Part shown: in pieces, positions 18,035 through 26,948 of the stretch
How positions within the stretch are numbered: the first letter of the stretch is position 1
Layout: each line of letters begins with the position of its first letter
Assembly: GCA_020635655.1 (NCBI GenBank)
Contig: JACJZI010000010.1
Span: 12,800-76,799, forward strand
Direction of reading: 5' to 3'
DNA length: 64,000 nucleotides
Source of the DNA: Flavobacteriales bacterium
Lineage (GTDB): Bacteria > Bacteroidota > Bacteroidia > Flavobacteriales_F > PHOS-HE28
Program-made: the position numbers and the translations under genes
The notes under the pieces: model-generated
The model's input: the letters and a program-made list of their open reading frames with translations, nothing else
What the model was told of the DNA's origin: nothing
Databases searched by the model: none

Positions 18035-18592
18035 TCATTTGGTTTGATCGGTCAGCCAGCGCTCGAGTTTCTTCACGGCAATGTGGTAGCTTGCCTTGAG
18101 CGCGCCCACGGACGTGCCGGTCACGGCGCTGATCTCCTCGTACTTCATCTCGTCGAAGTACTTCATGTTGAACACCGCCCGCTGCTTGTCCGGCAGGCGC
18201 ATCACAGCCGTTTGAAGTTTTCGCTGGATCGCATCCCCGCTGAAGTGTTCGCTGCTGTCCAACGTGGTCGTCAGCCGTTCGATCACCGCGTCCTCGCTCA
18301 CGAACAGTCCACGACGCATCCGCTTCAGGTGGGTGATGCTCTCGTTGTAGGCGATGCGATAGAGCCAGCTGAACAGCTGTGAATCCGCGCGGAAGTTGTC
18401 CAAGCCGTTCCACGCTTTTATGAAGGTGTTCTGCAGCACGTCCTGGGTCTCATCGTGGTCGGTGACCATTCGCCGGATGAACGCATAGAGCCGGCGCTGG
18501 TATTGGCGCACCAGCAGGTTGAACGCATAATGACGGCTTTCCTCCTGGTGGAAGAGCGCGAGGAGTTCCTTGTCGGACATCGGCTCGCTCAT
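18035..18592 (-). CDS. RNA polymerase ECF-type sigma-70 factor.
   Basis: Region 2 LYAFIRRMVTDHDETQDVLQNTFIKAW, and region 4 helix-turn-helix YEEISAVTGTSVGALKASYHIAVKKL. 185 aa. Confidence 0.85.
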   Translation of the reverse strand: MSEPMSDKELLALFHQEESRHYAFNLLVRQYQRRLYAFIRRMVTDHDETQDVLQNTFIKAWNGLDNFRADSQLFSWLYRIAYNESITHLKRMRRGLFVSEDAVIERLTTTLDSSEHFSGDAIQRKLQTAVMRLPDKQRAVFNMKYFDEMKYEEISAVTGTSVGALKASYHIAVKKLERWLTDQTK

Positions 18593-18622
18593 CGCCGGTC
18601 CTTCAGGAGATGGATGATGGGT

Positions 18623-19579
18623 TCAGCCTTTGCGCCGTATGGCCCGTTCGGCGGCCGAAACGATGTCGGACGGTGCCAGGCCGTACTTGATCAGCAGTTG
18701 GTCCGGGGTGCCGCTCTCCCCGAAGGTGTCGTTCACCGCCACGAACTCCTGTGGCCGGGGCGCATGCAGGGCGAGCACCTGCGCGATGCTGTCGCCCAGG
18801 CCGCCATACCGATTGTGTTCCTCGCAACTGACCGCGCATCCCGTCCTTCCGACCGAACCTAGGACGGCTTCCACGTCCAGGGGTTTGATCGTGTGCATGT
18901 TGATCACCTCGGCGTGGACCCCCTTCTGTGCCAGCATTTCCGCGGCTTGCAAGGCCTGCCAGACCAGGTGCCCGCATGCGAAGATGCTGACATCCTTCCC
19001 TTGGACCAGGGTCTGCGCCTTGCCGATCGTGAACGGCAGGTCCTCGGGGATGAAGACGGGCCATTTCGGTCGGCCGAAACGGAGATACACCGGACCATCG
19101 ATCTCCGCGATGGCGAGGGTGGCCTGGCGGGTCTGGTCATGGTCCGCAGGGACCACCACGGTCATCCCGGGCAGCATCCTCATCAGGCCGATGTCCTCCA
19201 GGATCTGGTGCGTGGCGCCGTCCTCGCCCAGGGTCAGGCCGGCATGGCTGGCGCAGATCTTCACGTTCTTGCCGGTATAGGCGATGCTCTGGCGGATCTG
19301 GTCATAGACACGACCCGTGCTGAAGTTGGCGAAGGTGCCGGTGAAGGGGATCTTCCCGCCGATGGTGAGCCCCGCGGCCACGCCCATCATGTTCGCCTCC
19401 GCCACGCCGCATTGGAAGAAGCGGTCCGGGAACTTCTGAGCGAAAGCATCCATCTTGAGCGAACCGGTGAGGTCGGCACAAAGGGCCACCACCTCGTTGT
19501 TGGCCTCGCCGAGGGCGAGCAGGCCGGCTCCGAAACCGGAACGGGTGTCCTTGTGGGCGCGAACGGAAAAGGTGGGCAT
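18623..19579 (-). CDS. Transketolase, C-terminal subunit (pyrimidine-binding plus C-terminal domains).
   Basis: FGAGLLALGEANNEVVALCADLTGS...FFQCGVAEANMMGVAAGL...CASHAGLTLGEDGATHQ...IKPLD are transketolase Pyr and C-terminal domain motifs. Start set at MPTFSV (19579). Confidence 0.85.
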   Translation of the reverse strand: MPTFSVRAHKDTRSGFGAGLLALGEANNEVVALCADLTGSLKMDAFAQKFPDRFFQCGVAEANMMGVAAGLTIGGKIPFTGTFANFSTGRVYDQIRQSIAYTGKNVKICASHAGLTLGEDGATHQILEDIGLMRMLPGMTVVVPADHDQTRQATLAIAEIDGPVYLRFGRPKWPVFIPEDLPFTIGKAQTLVQGKDVSIFACGHLVWQALQAAEMLAQKGVHAEVINMHTIKPLDVEAVLGSVGRTGCAVSCEEHNRYGGLGDSIAQVLALHAPRPQEFVAVNDTFGESGTPDQLLIKYGLAPSDIVSAAERAIRRKG

Positions 19580-19584
19580 GATCT

Positions 19585-21027
19585 TCAGAAGTTGACTGTG
19601 ACGGACTGACCACTTTGGATGGTAACGTCCCTGGTGAGCGAGAGTTCGGTTCGGTGCGCATTGCGGCTGCGGTAGAGCACTTGGTAGTCGCCGGGCAGAA
19701 GCCGGAATTGGTCGCGCATGGTCGTGGGATCCAGGTCGACGACCCATTGCAGTTCGCTGCCCTTCTTCAGGAATACGGCGCCATCGCCAGGTGCCGAGCT
19801 TGCCACGTTCAGTACGCCGGGTTGCGGGACCTGCACCGTGTTCGTTCGGCTCTGGTCGATCCGCACGTCGTCGATCAACAAGCGCGGCAGAGTGAGCACC
19901 TCCAGGTCGTAGTTGCCGATCAGGTAGCGTTCCTGGGTGTTCATCGTCTGCACGTGGAGCGTGGTCAGGTTGTCCTTGCGGCGCACGATGCAGGGCGTGG
20001 CATAGGGATCGGGCATGCCGCTACCCTGTTTGAGCTCCAAGGTGCCCTGTCCCGCGTCGACCCGGATCACATTGTGGATGCCGGGTTTCAAGGAAACGTT
20101 CTCCTGTTCGATCGGCGGGATGGTGTGTACGACCATGCGGTAGGTGAACACGGGGTCGATGCTCAAGGTATCGGGCTGGCCACGATCGTTGAGCGTATGT
20201 TCCAAGTGATAGCGCACGGCACCGGTCTTCTGATCGTAGAGCGTCACGGGCACGTTCGTTTCCGTGGGTCGGCCATCCGCGGCCAGCAGATCGATCTCGG
20301 CGGATGTGCTGTTCAACGCTTGCGTCACCACCACGTCCAGCACGTGGGCGAAGAGCTCCGGTGAGCTCGCATCGTAGTAGTTCCCCACGCACCTCAGGCT
20401 GTACTTCTGGCTGTCATCGAGGCCCACGCCGATGACGAACGGTTTCAGGACGATCCCTATGGCCTGAAGGGCGCGTGAAACGGCACAGGGATCCTCGTCG
20501 CAAGCCTCGATCCCATCGGTGATCAGGATGATGATGTTGCGGCAGTCCTTGCAAGGCGGGAAATCGTCCGCGGACCTTTGGAGGGAACGCGCGATGGGCG
20601 TGGTGCCCACGCAGCGGACCTGCTCCAGAACGGTTCGGATCTTCGGGATGGTGTTCTCCCCGAAAGGCACCTCCAATTTCGTGTCGTCGCAATCCTGATG
20701 GCCCGGTTCGATCGGCGTTTGGTGACCGTACAGGCGCAAGGCGATCTCCAGGTCGGGCTGCCCCTGCAGTTCCTCCAGGGACCTGAGGAGGAGCTCCCGG
20801 GCGGTGTTGATCTTGGGCTTGTTGCCCCAGAACGCGTTCATGCTGTTGCTCGCATCCATCACGAACAGCATACGGGTGAGGGGCTTCTTCTGCGCCGAGG
20901 CGGAAGTGCCGCTCAGGAGCATCAAGACCAGGGGCAGGACCCTGGTCCAGGGTGCGGTCCTGGAGCGGAGATCAGTAATCCCCAAGGGTCTCGGGCAATT
21001 GCGCCAACGCGCGAGCGGCCTGTTCAT
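19585..21027 (-). CDS. Secreted VWA-domain protein with a C-terminal beta-rich region.
   Basis: MIDAS motif DASNSM in LFVMDASNSMNAFWG....ILITDG. The start is uncertain: the listed start overlaps the upstream transketolase gene by 56 nt, and the alternative ATG is at 20922. Confidence 0.6.
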   Translation of the reverse strand: MNRPLARWRNCPRPLGITDLRSRTAPWTRVLPLVLMLLSGTSASAQKKPLTRMLFVMDASNSMNAFWGNKPKINTARELLLRSLEELQGQPDLEIALRLYGHQTPIEPGHQDCDDTKLEVPFGENTIPKIRTVLEQVRCVGTTPIARSLQRSADDFPPCKDCRNIIILITDGIEACDEDPCAVSRALQAIGIVLKPFVIGVGLDDSQKYSLRCVGNYYDASSPELFAHVLDVVVTQALNSTSAEIDLLAADGRPTETNVPVTLYDQKTGAVRYHLEHTLNDRGQPDTLSIDPVFTYRMVVHTIPPIEQENVSLKPGIHNVIRVDAGQGTLELKQGSGMPDPYATPCIVRRKDNLTTLHVQTMNTQERYLIGNYDLEVLTLPRLLIDDVRIDQSRTNTVQVPQPGVLNVASSAPGDGAVFLKKGSELQWVVDLDPTTMRDQFRLLPGDYQVLYRSRNAHRTELSLTRDVTIQSGQSVTVNF

Positions 21028-21853
21028 CGTTCGGTGCGACGCCGTGCCATTTGTGGGTGCCCATCATGAAGTCGACCCCCTGGCCCATTTCGGTGTGCAT
21101 CAATACAACGACCGGTCGGCCCTTTCCCGTGCGTCCGTGGGCATTGCCCATCGTGCGGAGCACATCCGCAAGGTCGTTGCCGTTCATCTCCAGCACGTCC
21201 CATCCGAAGCTGGCCCATTTCGCCTTGAGGTCGCCCAGTGGCATGACGTCGTCCACGTCCCCATCAATTTGCCTGCCGTTCCAGTCCACCGTGGCGATCA
21301 GGTTCTCCACCTTGCGGGCCGCAGCGAACATCGCGGCCTCCCAGATCTGGCCTTCCTGCAATTCGCCGTCACCGTGCAGACTGTAGACCAGGCGGTCATC
21401 ACCGTTCAACCGCTTCGCCAAGGCCGCGCCGATGGCCACGCTAAGTCCCTGACCGAGCGAACCGGAGGCCATGCGCACCCCGGGCAGACCCTCATGGGTG
21501 GTCGGGTGACCTTGCAGGCGGGAGTCGAGCTTGCGAAAGGTGGCCAGCTCCTTGATCGGGAAATAGCCGCTGCGTGCCAGGACACTGTACCAGACCGGGC
21601 TGATGTGGCCGTTGCTCAGGAAGAACAGGTCCTGTCCACGGCCATCCATGTCCCACTGGGCCGGATCGTGCTGGAGGATCCGGAAGTACAGCGCCACCAT
21701 GAACTCCGTGCATCCGAGCGAGCCACCTGGATGTCCGCTCTGCGCACCGTGCGTCATCCGAACGATATCCCGACGCACCTGCCCGCAGATCCTGGCCAGT
21801 TCGTCGATGGGCGTGTCTTGGGCCTTTACGGGTGCGGTCTCGGACATGAGCAT
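20972..21853 (-). CDS. Transketolase, N-terminal subunit (TPP-binding).
   Basis: GHPGGSLGCTEF...LSNGHISP...GSLGQGLSVAIGAALA...GDGELQEGQIWEA are TPP-binding motifs of transketolase. Start at MLMSE (21853). Confidence 0.85.
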   Translation of the reverse strand: MLMSETAPVKAQDTPIDELARICGQVRRDIVRMTHGAQSGHPGGSLGCTEFMVALYFRILQHDPAQWDMDGRGQDLFFLSNGHISPVWYSVLARSGYFPIKELATFRKLDSRLQGHPTTHEGLPGVRMASGSLGQGLSVAIGAALAKRLNGDDRLVYSLHGDGELQEGQIWEAAMFAAARKVENLIATVDWNGRQIDGDVDDVMPLGDLKAKWASFGWDVLEMNGNDLADVLRTMGNAHGRTGKGRPVVVLMHTEMGQGVDFMMGTHKWHGVAPNDEQAARALAQLPETLGDY

Positions 21854-21941
21854 GGAACGCGGGAAGCTCGCCGGCGAAAGTAGCCGGGGCGACGAGGGCG
21901 GTCCGGACCGTGTGGATAACTTTTGAAAAGCCGCCGGTCGT

Positions 21942-23171
21942 TCAAGGCGATGCAGTTGGCGGTGCTTCGGCCGGTGACGCGAGGAACAGGGCATTGAAGT
22001 AGGCGAACAGCACCACCCCCCATTGGCGCGAAAGCAGGTCCTCGGTGAAGCTGCACAACAGGACCATCACAACGAACGCCAGATGGAGGGGATCCACCCG
22101 CGAACGCGCCAGCCAAAGTGATCGCCCGAAGAGAAGCGCGAACGCCCCCAGGCCTGCGAGCCCCATGCCGAGCCACCAGTGGAAGGCCTGCATGTGCGTG
22201 CCGTGGTGGCCATCGCTCAGGATGGGGTCGTGGTACTGCGCATAGCAGGCATCGAGCGTCGGTTGCACGTTCGCCAGGCCCGTGCCCAGGAGCCAATGAT
22301 CTTCCAGTCCGGCGATCGTACAATGCAGGATCTCGCCTCGGATCGCGTCGGGTGATCGCGTCGGCTCCTCTTGCGGTATGAGCTGACCGAGCCGTTCGGC
22401 CATGTTCGGTACGGCGAACAGGAACGCCACCAGTCCGGTGGCAAGGGCGATCAACGGAAGCGACCAATGGAGCCTCCGTTCCGTCCGGGGCCGATGAACG
22501 GCGATCACGATCGCACCGGCCAGAAAGCCGAGCACGGGCATTCGGGAAGCCATCCAAACAGCGCCGAAAAACAGACAGACGGCGACGGCCCAACGCGGAT
22601 GGGCCCAGCGTTCGCGATGCCAGGCGGCATGCACCTGGAACAATGCCGCGGTGAGGAAGTAATACGTGGCGTACACGGCATGGACGCCCGTGGCCCGTGC
22701 GAACTCCTCCCGGAACGCTCTGCTGACACTTCCCCCGTAGGCTTCAGGACCAGCGCTCGGGAACCCGATCGCGCGCACCCCGCCATAGATCATCAGGACC
22801 AGGGCCGCGAGCGAGAAGAGGTCCAGCGCCTGGCGTCGTGTGGTGCGGTCGATGGGGAGGCGGAGACCGATGAAGAGCAGGGGCAGCACCAGCAACGCGG
22901 CCGCGCGCTCCGCGGAGCGCCATCCGGTGACCGGGTCCGGGGCACGCGCGATATCGGGCAGCATCAGAAGGAAGGGAAGCCCAAGCAGCAGCACTTCGCG
23001 CCAGGCGGACCGGTCATGGGTCACACCATGTCGGGCGGCGTGCCAGGTCGCCACGATCGCCAGTGCGATGATCGCCCAGACAGTGCCTTGCATGCCCGTG
23101 ATCGGCTGCAGGGCGACCAACAGCACGGCGGCCTGCGGCAGTGTCATGGTCATGCGCGGTCGTTCCTTCAT
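21942..23171 (-). CDS. O-antigen ligase / polymerase-like polytopic membrane protein (Wzy_C family).
   Basis: About 10 predicted TM helices with a large periplasmic loop between late helices. Location in a glycosyltransferase cluster. No sequence motif verified. Confidence 0.5.
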   Translation of the reverse strand: MKERPRMTMTLPQAAVLLVALQPITGMQGTVWAIIALAIVATWHAARHGVTHDRSAWREVLLLGLPFLLMLPDIARAPDPVTGWRSAERAAALLVLPLLFIGLRLPIDRTTRRQALDLFSLAALVLMIYGGVRAIGFPSAGPEAYGGSVSRAFREEFARATGVHAVYATYYFLTAALFQVHAAWHRERWAHPRWAVAVCLFFGAVWMASRMPVLGFLAGAIVIAVHRPRTERRLHWSLPLIALATGLVAFLFAVPNMAERLGQLIPQEEPTRSPDAIRGEILHCTIAGLEDHWLLGTGLANVQPTLDACYAQYHDPILSDGHHGTHMQAFHWWLGMGLAGLGAFALLFGRSLWLARSRVDPLHLAFVVMVLLCSFTEDLLSRQWGVVLFAYFNALFLASPAEAPPTASP

Positions 23172-24283
23172 GCCATCGTTCGTTCGACGATATCGCGGAT
23201 CCGTTCCCGGAACAGGTTGGCGTCGAAAGGTCGTGCCTCCTCGTGCAATTCGGGAGGCGTGGCAGCTATGCCTGCGGTCTCGAAGCGCAGCACCGCATCA
23301 CGGATGGCAGCAGGAGCGGCCTCATCGAAAAAGATCGCGGATCGACCTTCACGCAAGGTCTCCAGATATCCGCCACTACGCAACGCGATCGACGGTGTGC
23401 CACAGGCGAGCGCCTCCAAAGGCGTGATCCCCAGATCCTCATCCGCGGCGAGAATGAGCGCCCGGGAACGCTGGTAGAGATCCACGAGTGTGTCCTGGTC
23501 GACCTCGCCCGTGAACCGGACGTTCGCTGGAGCGGAACGCTTCCATCGGGACAGCATCGGACCGCTTCCGCAGACGGTGAGCTGTTCTTCGGGCATCTCT
23601 CGGAATGCTTCAATGATCCGGTCCACGCGTTTGTAGGGTACCGCGCGGCCCACGGCGAGATAGCCGTTGCGTTGCCCTTTATAGAGCGGGAAGCGCTCCA
23701 GGTCCACCGGCGGGTGCAGGACCTCCGCCTGCCTGCCGTAGGACCGTTCGACGCGGTCCGCCACGTTGCGGCCGTTGGCCACGAACAGATCGATGCGATC
23801 GTTCGTGCGCAGGTCCCAATGGCGCAGCCGCTTCAGCACCCAGCGGACCGGCGTGGCCAGCAGCGCGGACCGCAGGCCATGATCGTGCAGGTACTCCTCC
23901 TCCTTGACCCAGGCATAGCGCATCGGGGTGTGGATGTAGCAAATGTGCTTTTGCCCGGGGCGTTTTCGAACGCCCTTCGCCACGGCATAGCTCGAGGAGA
24001 TGATCACATCATAGGCGCTCAGGTCCAGTCGTTCGATGGCCAGCGGAAAAAGGGGCAGGTACAGCCTGAACCAACGGCGTGAGCCCGGGACGTGCTGGAT
24101 GAAGGTCGTTCGGGCACGCTTTCCACCGAGGATGAAGGCGCGGTCCGCCGCATGGAGGTGGTCCACCAGGGCAAAGACGTCCGCGTCGAACGCGCGTACC
24201 AGTTCACGCGTGACGATCTCCGCACCGCCGCGGCCCACCAGCCAGTCGTGCACCACGGCCACCCGCTGGTGCTCAGTTCGCAT
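23168..24283 (-). CDS. Glycosyltransferase family 4.
   Basis: EX7E motif EDLGITPLEALACGTPSIALRSGG. Start MRTEHQRVAVVHDWL is typical of GT4 N-termini. 4-nt overlap with the neighbouring gene. Confidence 0.8.
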   Translation of the reverse strand: MRTEHQRVAVVHDWLVGRGGAEIVTRELVRAFDADVFALVDHLHAADRAFILGGKRARTTFIQHVPGSRRWFRLYLPLFPLAIERLDLSAYDVIISSSYAVAKGVRKRPGQKHICYIHTPMRYAWVKEEEYLHDHGLRSALLATPVRWVLKRLRHWDLRTNDRIDLFVANGRNVADRVERSYGRQAEVLHPPVDLERFPLYKGQRNGYLAVGRAVPYKRVDRIIEAFREMPEEQLTVCGSGPMLSRWKRSAPANVRFTGEVDQDTLVDLYQRSRALILAADEDLGITPLEALACGTPSIALRSGGYLETLREGRSAIFFDEAAPAAIRDAVLRFETAGIAATPPELHEEARPFDANLFRERIRDIVERTMA

Positions 24284-25331
24284 GGGCTTGCCGCCAGGCA
24301 TCGTGCAATGCGCTCCGGGTGCGTTCAATGGTGAAGCGGGCCGCCGTGCGAAGGCCCAGGGCGATGCGTTCCTTGCGGGTGACACTGTTCCGGTCGAGCA
24401 TGGTCAGTGCATGCTCCATAGCGGCGTCATCCGCGATGTCGGCATAGATCGGTGCCTCGCCAAAGTTCTCCCTGAAGACGGGCAGATCGCTCGCGATCAC
24501 AGGGCAGCCGGCCGCCATCGCCTCGAGCAGCGTGAGGCCGAAACCTTCTTCCCGGGAAGGAGCAAGCAGGGCAAAGGCCCCGCGATAGAGGGCCTGCAAC
24601 CGGTCGTCATCGACATCCTCCAGGTGAATGATGCCCGCGTCCGACGGCAAGGGTGTGTTGCTGAACACGCGTGCGCGCCGACCGACATGCACCAGGCGAA
24701 GCGCGGTACGTTGTCGACGGGCATGCCATAGGATCGCCTGGTCGATCCCTTTTCGCGGGTCCCGTGAGGCGACCATCAGGAGATAGTCGCCATCGATCCC
24801 GGTCACGGTATCGTTCGGTGGAAGGTTCCCGGACAGGTAGGGTGGGAGCACCACCAAGCGGTCCGGATCGTGTCCCGGCGGGAACAGACGCGCGTCGGCC
24901 AACAACTCTTCCCGTACCGTACCGCTCACCGTGACGATCCGTTCCACGCGGCGCATCAGGCGGGGAAGGGTGTTGGTATACCACCAGGCCACGCGGCGGT
25001 CGAACCATTCGGGGTGATGCCACCAGGCCAGATCGTGGATGACGAGCCATTGACGATCCACGCGCAGTGGGCCGGTGTTCGCCGGGGAGATCAATACCTC
25101 ATCCGTTCGCAACGCCCTGGGCAGATCGAGCTGTTCCCAAGCATGACCATCGAACCGCCCGCATCGGACCACCTCCAGGTCCTCGGCGTCCATGTCGGTC
25201 ACGGAGGCGCGGGGCACCAGAACACGCGCATCGGGCCAGTCGCGCGCGATCACGCGCAGCAGGCAGCGTGCGTACCGTTCCACGCCGGTCACCGGTCGCG
25301 TCAGGCACCTTCCATTGAATGCGGGTCGCAT
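24273..25331 (-). CDS. Glycosyltransferase family 4.
   Basis: EX7E motif EEGFGLTLLEAMAAGCPVIASD. Start chosen at MRPAFNGR (25331). Confidence 0.75.
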   Translation of the reverse strand: MRPAFNGRCLTRPVTGVERYARCLLRVIARDWPDARVLVPRASVTDMDAEDLEVVRCGRFDGHAWEQLDLPRALRTDEVLISPANTGPLRVDRQWLVIHDLAWWHHPEWFDRRVAWWYTNTLPRLMRRVERIVTVSGTVREELLADARLFPPGHDPDRLVVLPPYLSGNLPPNDTVTGIDGDYLLMVASRDPRKGIDQAILWHARRQRTALRLVHVGRRARVFSNTPLPSDAGIIHLEDVDDDRLQALYRGAFALLAPSREEGFGLTLLEAMAAGCPVIASDLPVFRENFGEAPIYADIADDAAMEHALTMLDRNSVTRKERIALGLRTAARFTIERTRSALHDAWRQAHAN

Positions 25332-25389
25332 CGATCGAAGCCCCCAAAATAGCCAGCGGCCCAGGAAGGACGGGCTATCTTGCGCCTGG

Positions 25390-26187
25390 ATGCAGCGCGC
25401 AACGGACCTGACGATCGGCCGGACCGGGCGTTCCCTCGGGATCCCCTGGTCCATGGTGATGGAGGTGGCCTGGAAGAATGTGCGCCTGCGTTACAAGAGC
25501 TCCCTGTTGGGTTTCCTCTGGACGCTGCTCAATCCGGTGCTGTACCTGTTGATCTTCCTGTTCATCTTCAGCAGGGCCTTCGCCGAGGTCGAGAACTACC
25601 CGGTGTTCGCGCTGACGGGATTGATCCTGTGGACCTTCTTCGCGACCACCTCAGCGCATGTCATGGGTAGCCTGGTCGAGAACGCCCATGTGCTGCGTTC
25701 GCTGGCCGTTCCGCCACTGGTCTTCCCGTTGGCGCAGTCCTTGGCCGGATTGTTCAATCTGGTGCTGTCCTTCATTCCGTTCGCGTTCATCCTGTTCGCA
25801 TTCGGGTGGAGGCCCCATCCGGTGATCATCCTCATCGTGCCGGTCACCCTGCTGTTCGCCGGGTTCGTCCTCGGCGTGTCGATGGCGCTGGCCGCGCTCA
25901 ATGTCTTCTTCAGGGATATCGGCCTTCTGTGGAACGCCTTGTTGCCGGCGATGTTCTACATCACCCCCATCGCCTATCCGCCTGGGCTCATCCCCCAGGA
26001 CCTGCGCTGGATCATCGAGCTGGACCCGTTGCATCATTACATCCGGATGTTCCGTACCGTGGTCTATGAAGGTCGATGGCCTGAAGGGGATGCCTGGGTG
26101 ACCACGGCCGGACTCACCGCGCTTGCCCTGATCCTGGGTGCGGCGGTCTTTCGCAGACTGCGGCCCGGATTCATCGCCAACTACTGA
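25390..26187 (+). CDS. ABC-2 type polysaccharide export permease (Wzm-like).
   Basis: Six TM segments. N-terminus MQRATDLTI....WKNVRLRYKSSLLGFLWTLLNP is typical of Wzm/TagG permeases. Start moved to the ATG at 25390. Confidence 0.8.
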   Translation: MQRATDLTIGRTGRSLGIPWSMVMEVAWKNVRLRYKSSLLGFLWTLLNPVLYLLIFLFIFSRAFAEVENYPVFALTGLILWTFFATTSAHVMGSLVENAHVLRSLAVPPLVFPLAQSLAGLFNLVLSFIPFAFILFAFGWRPHPVIILIVPVTLLFAGFVLGVSMALAALNVFFRDIGLLWNALLPAMFYITPIAYPPGLIPQDLRWIIELDPLHHYIRMFRTVVYEGRWPEGDAWVTTAGLTALALILGAAVFRRLRPGFIANY

Positions 26188-26189
26188 AC

Positions 26190-26948
26190 ATGCGGCCCGG
26201 CGAGCTTATGATGCGGTTGCGTGGGGTCGGTATCGACTACCTGGTGCAGCGCTATGGCTACCGTTCGATCAAGGAGTACCTGGTCTCCATCGGGTCCAAA
26301 CGGTTGTTGGAACGCAAGCGCATCGTGCAGGACCTGGACCTGGACATCGCCGCTGGGGAATGCTTCGGTATCGTGGGGCGGAACGGCAGTGGCAAGAGCA
26401 CGCTCCTGCGTCTCCTTGCAGGGATCATCGAGCCGGCGACGGGCACCTATGAAGTACGCGGTCGCGTGGCGCCGATGCTCGCGCTCGGGGTGGGTCTGGA
26501 GCCCGAGCTCAGTGGACTGGAGAACGCCCGGCTCTGCGCGATGCTCATGGGTGGCGATCGTCCGGCGATGCGCTCCACCTTGGAGAACGTGCGTGATTTC
26601 TCGGGCCTTTCGGAGGACGACCTCCGCATGCAGGTGAAGCGTTATTCAACGGGCATGATGGCCCGGCTCGGGTTCGCCATTGCCACCGCGAACGACCCGG
26701 ACGTGCTCCTCATCGATGAGGTGCTGGCTGTTGGTGACGTGGCCTTTCAGCAGAAGTGTTACGATCGCATCGGGGAGATGAAGCGCAAGGGATGCACCAT
26801 CGTGTTCGTCTCCCACTTCCTGGGCGAGATCCAACGCATCTGCGACCGGGCCGGATGCATGGAGGGTGGCCGCATGGTGAAGGTGGGGAACGTACATGAG
26901 GTCGGCGTCCACTATCACGGGCTGCTCGGAATACCCACCGAGGCATGA
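26190..26948 (+). CDS. ABC transporter ATP-binding protein (Wzt/TagH-like), without a C-terminal carbohydrate-binding extension.
   Basis: Walker A GRNGSGKSTLL, signature YSTGMMARLGFA, Walker B LLIDEVLAVGD. 252 aa. Starts 3 nt after the permease stop. Confidence 0.85.
   Translation: MRPGELMMRLRGVGIDYLVQRYGYRSIKEYLVSIGSKRLLERKRIVQDLDLDIAAGECFGIVGRNGSGKSTLLRLLAGIIEPATGTYEVRGRVAPMLALGVGLEPELSGLENARLCAMLMGGDRPAMRSTLENVRDFSGLSEDDLRMQVKRYSTGMMARLGFAIATANDPDVLLIDEVLAVGDVAFQQKCYDRIGEMKRKGCTIVFVSHFLGEIQRICDRAGCMEGGRMVKVGNVHEVGVHYHGLLGIPTEA

Noticed and set aside
17688-18413. 241-aa minus-strand ORF overlapping the sigma and anti-sigma genes in another frame.
   Set aside because: Arg/Pro/Gly-rich with no motifs. 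The ECF sigma frame (18035..18592) has clear sigma-70 region 2 and region 4 signatures.
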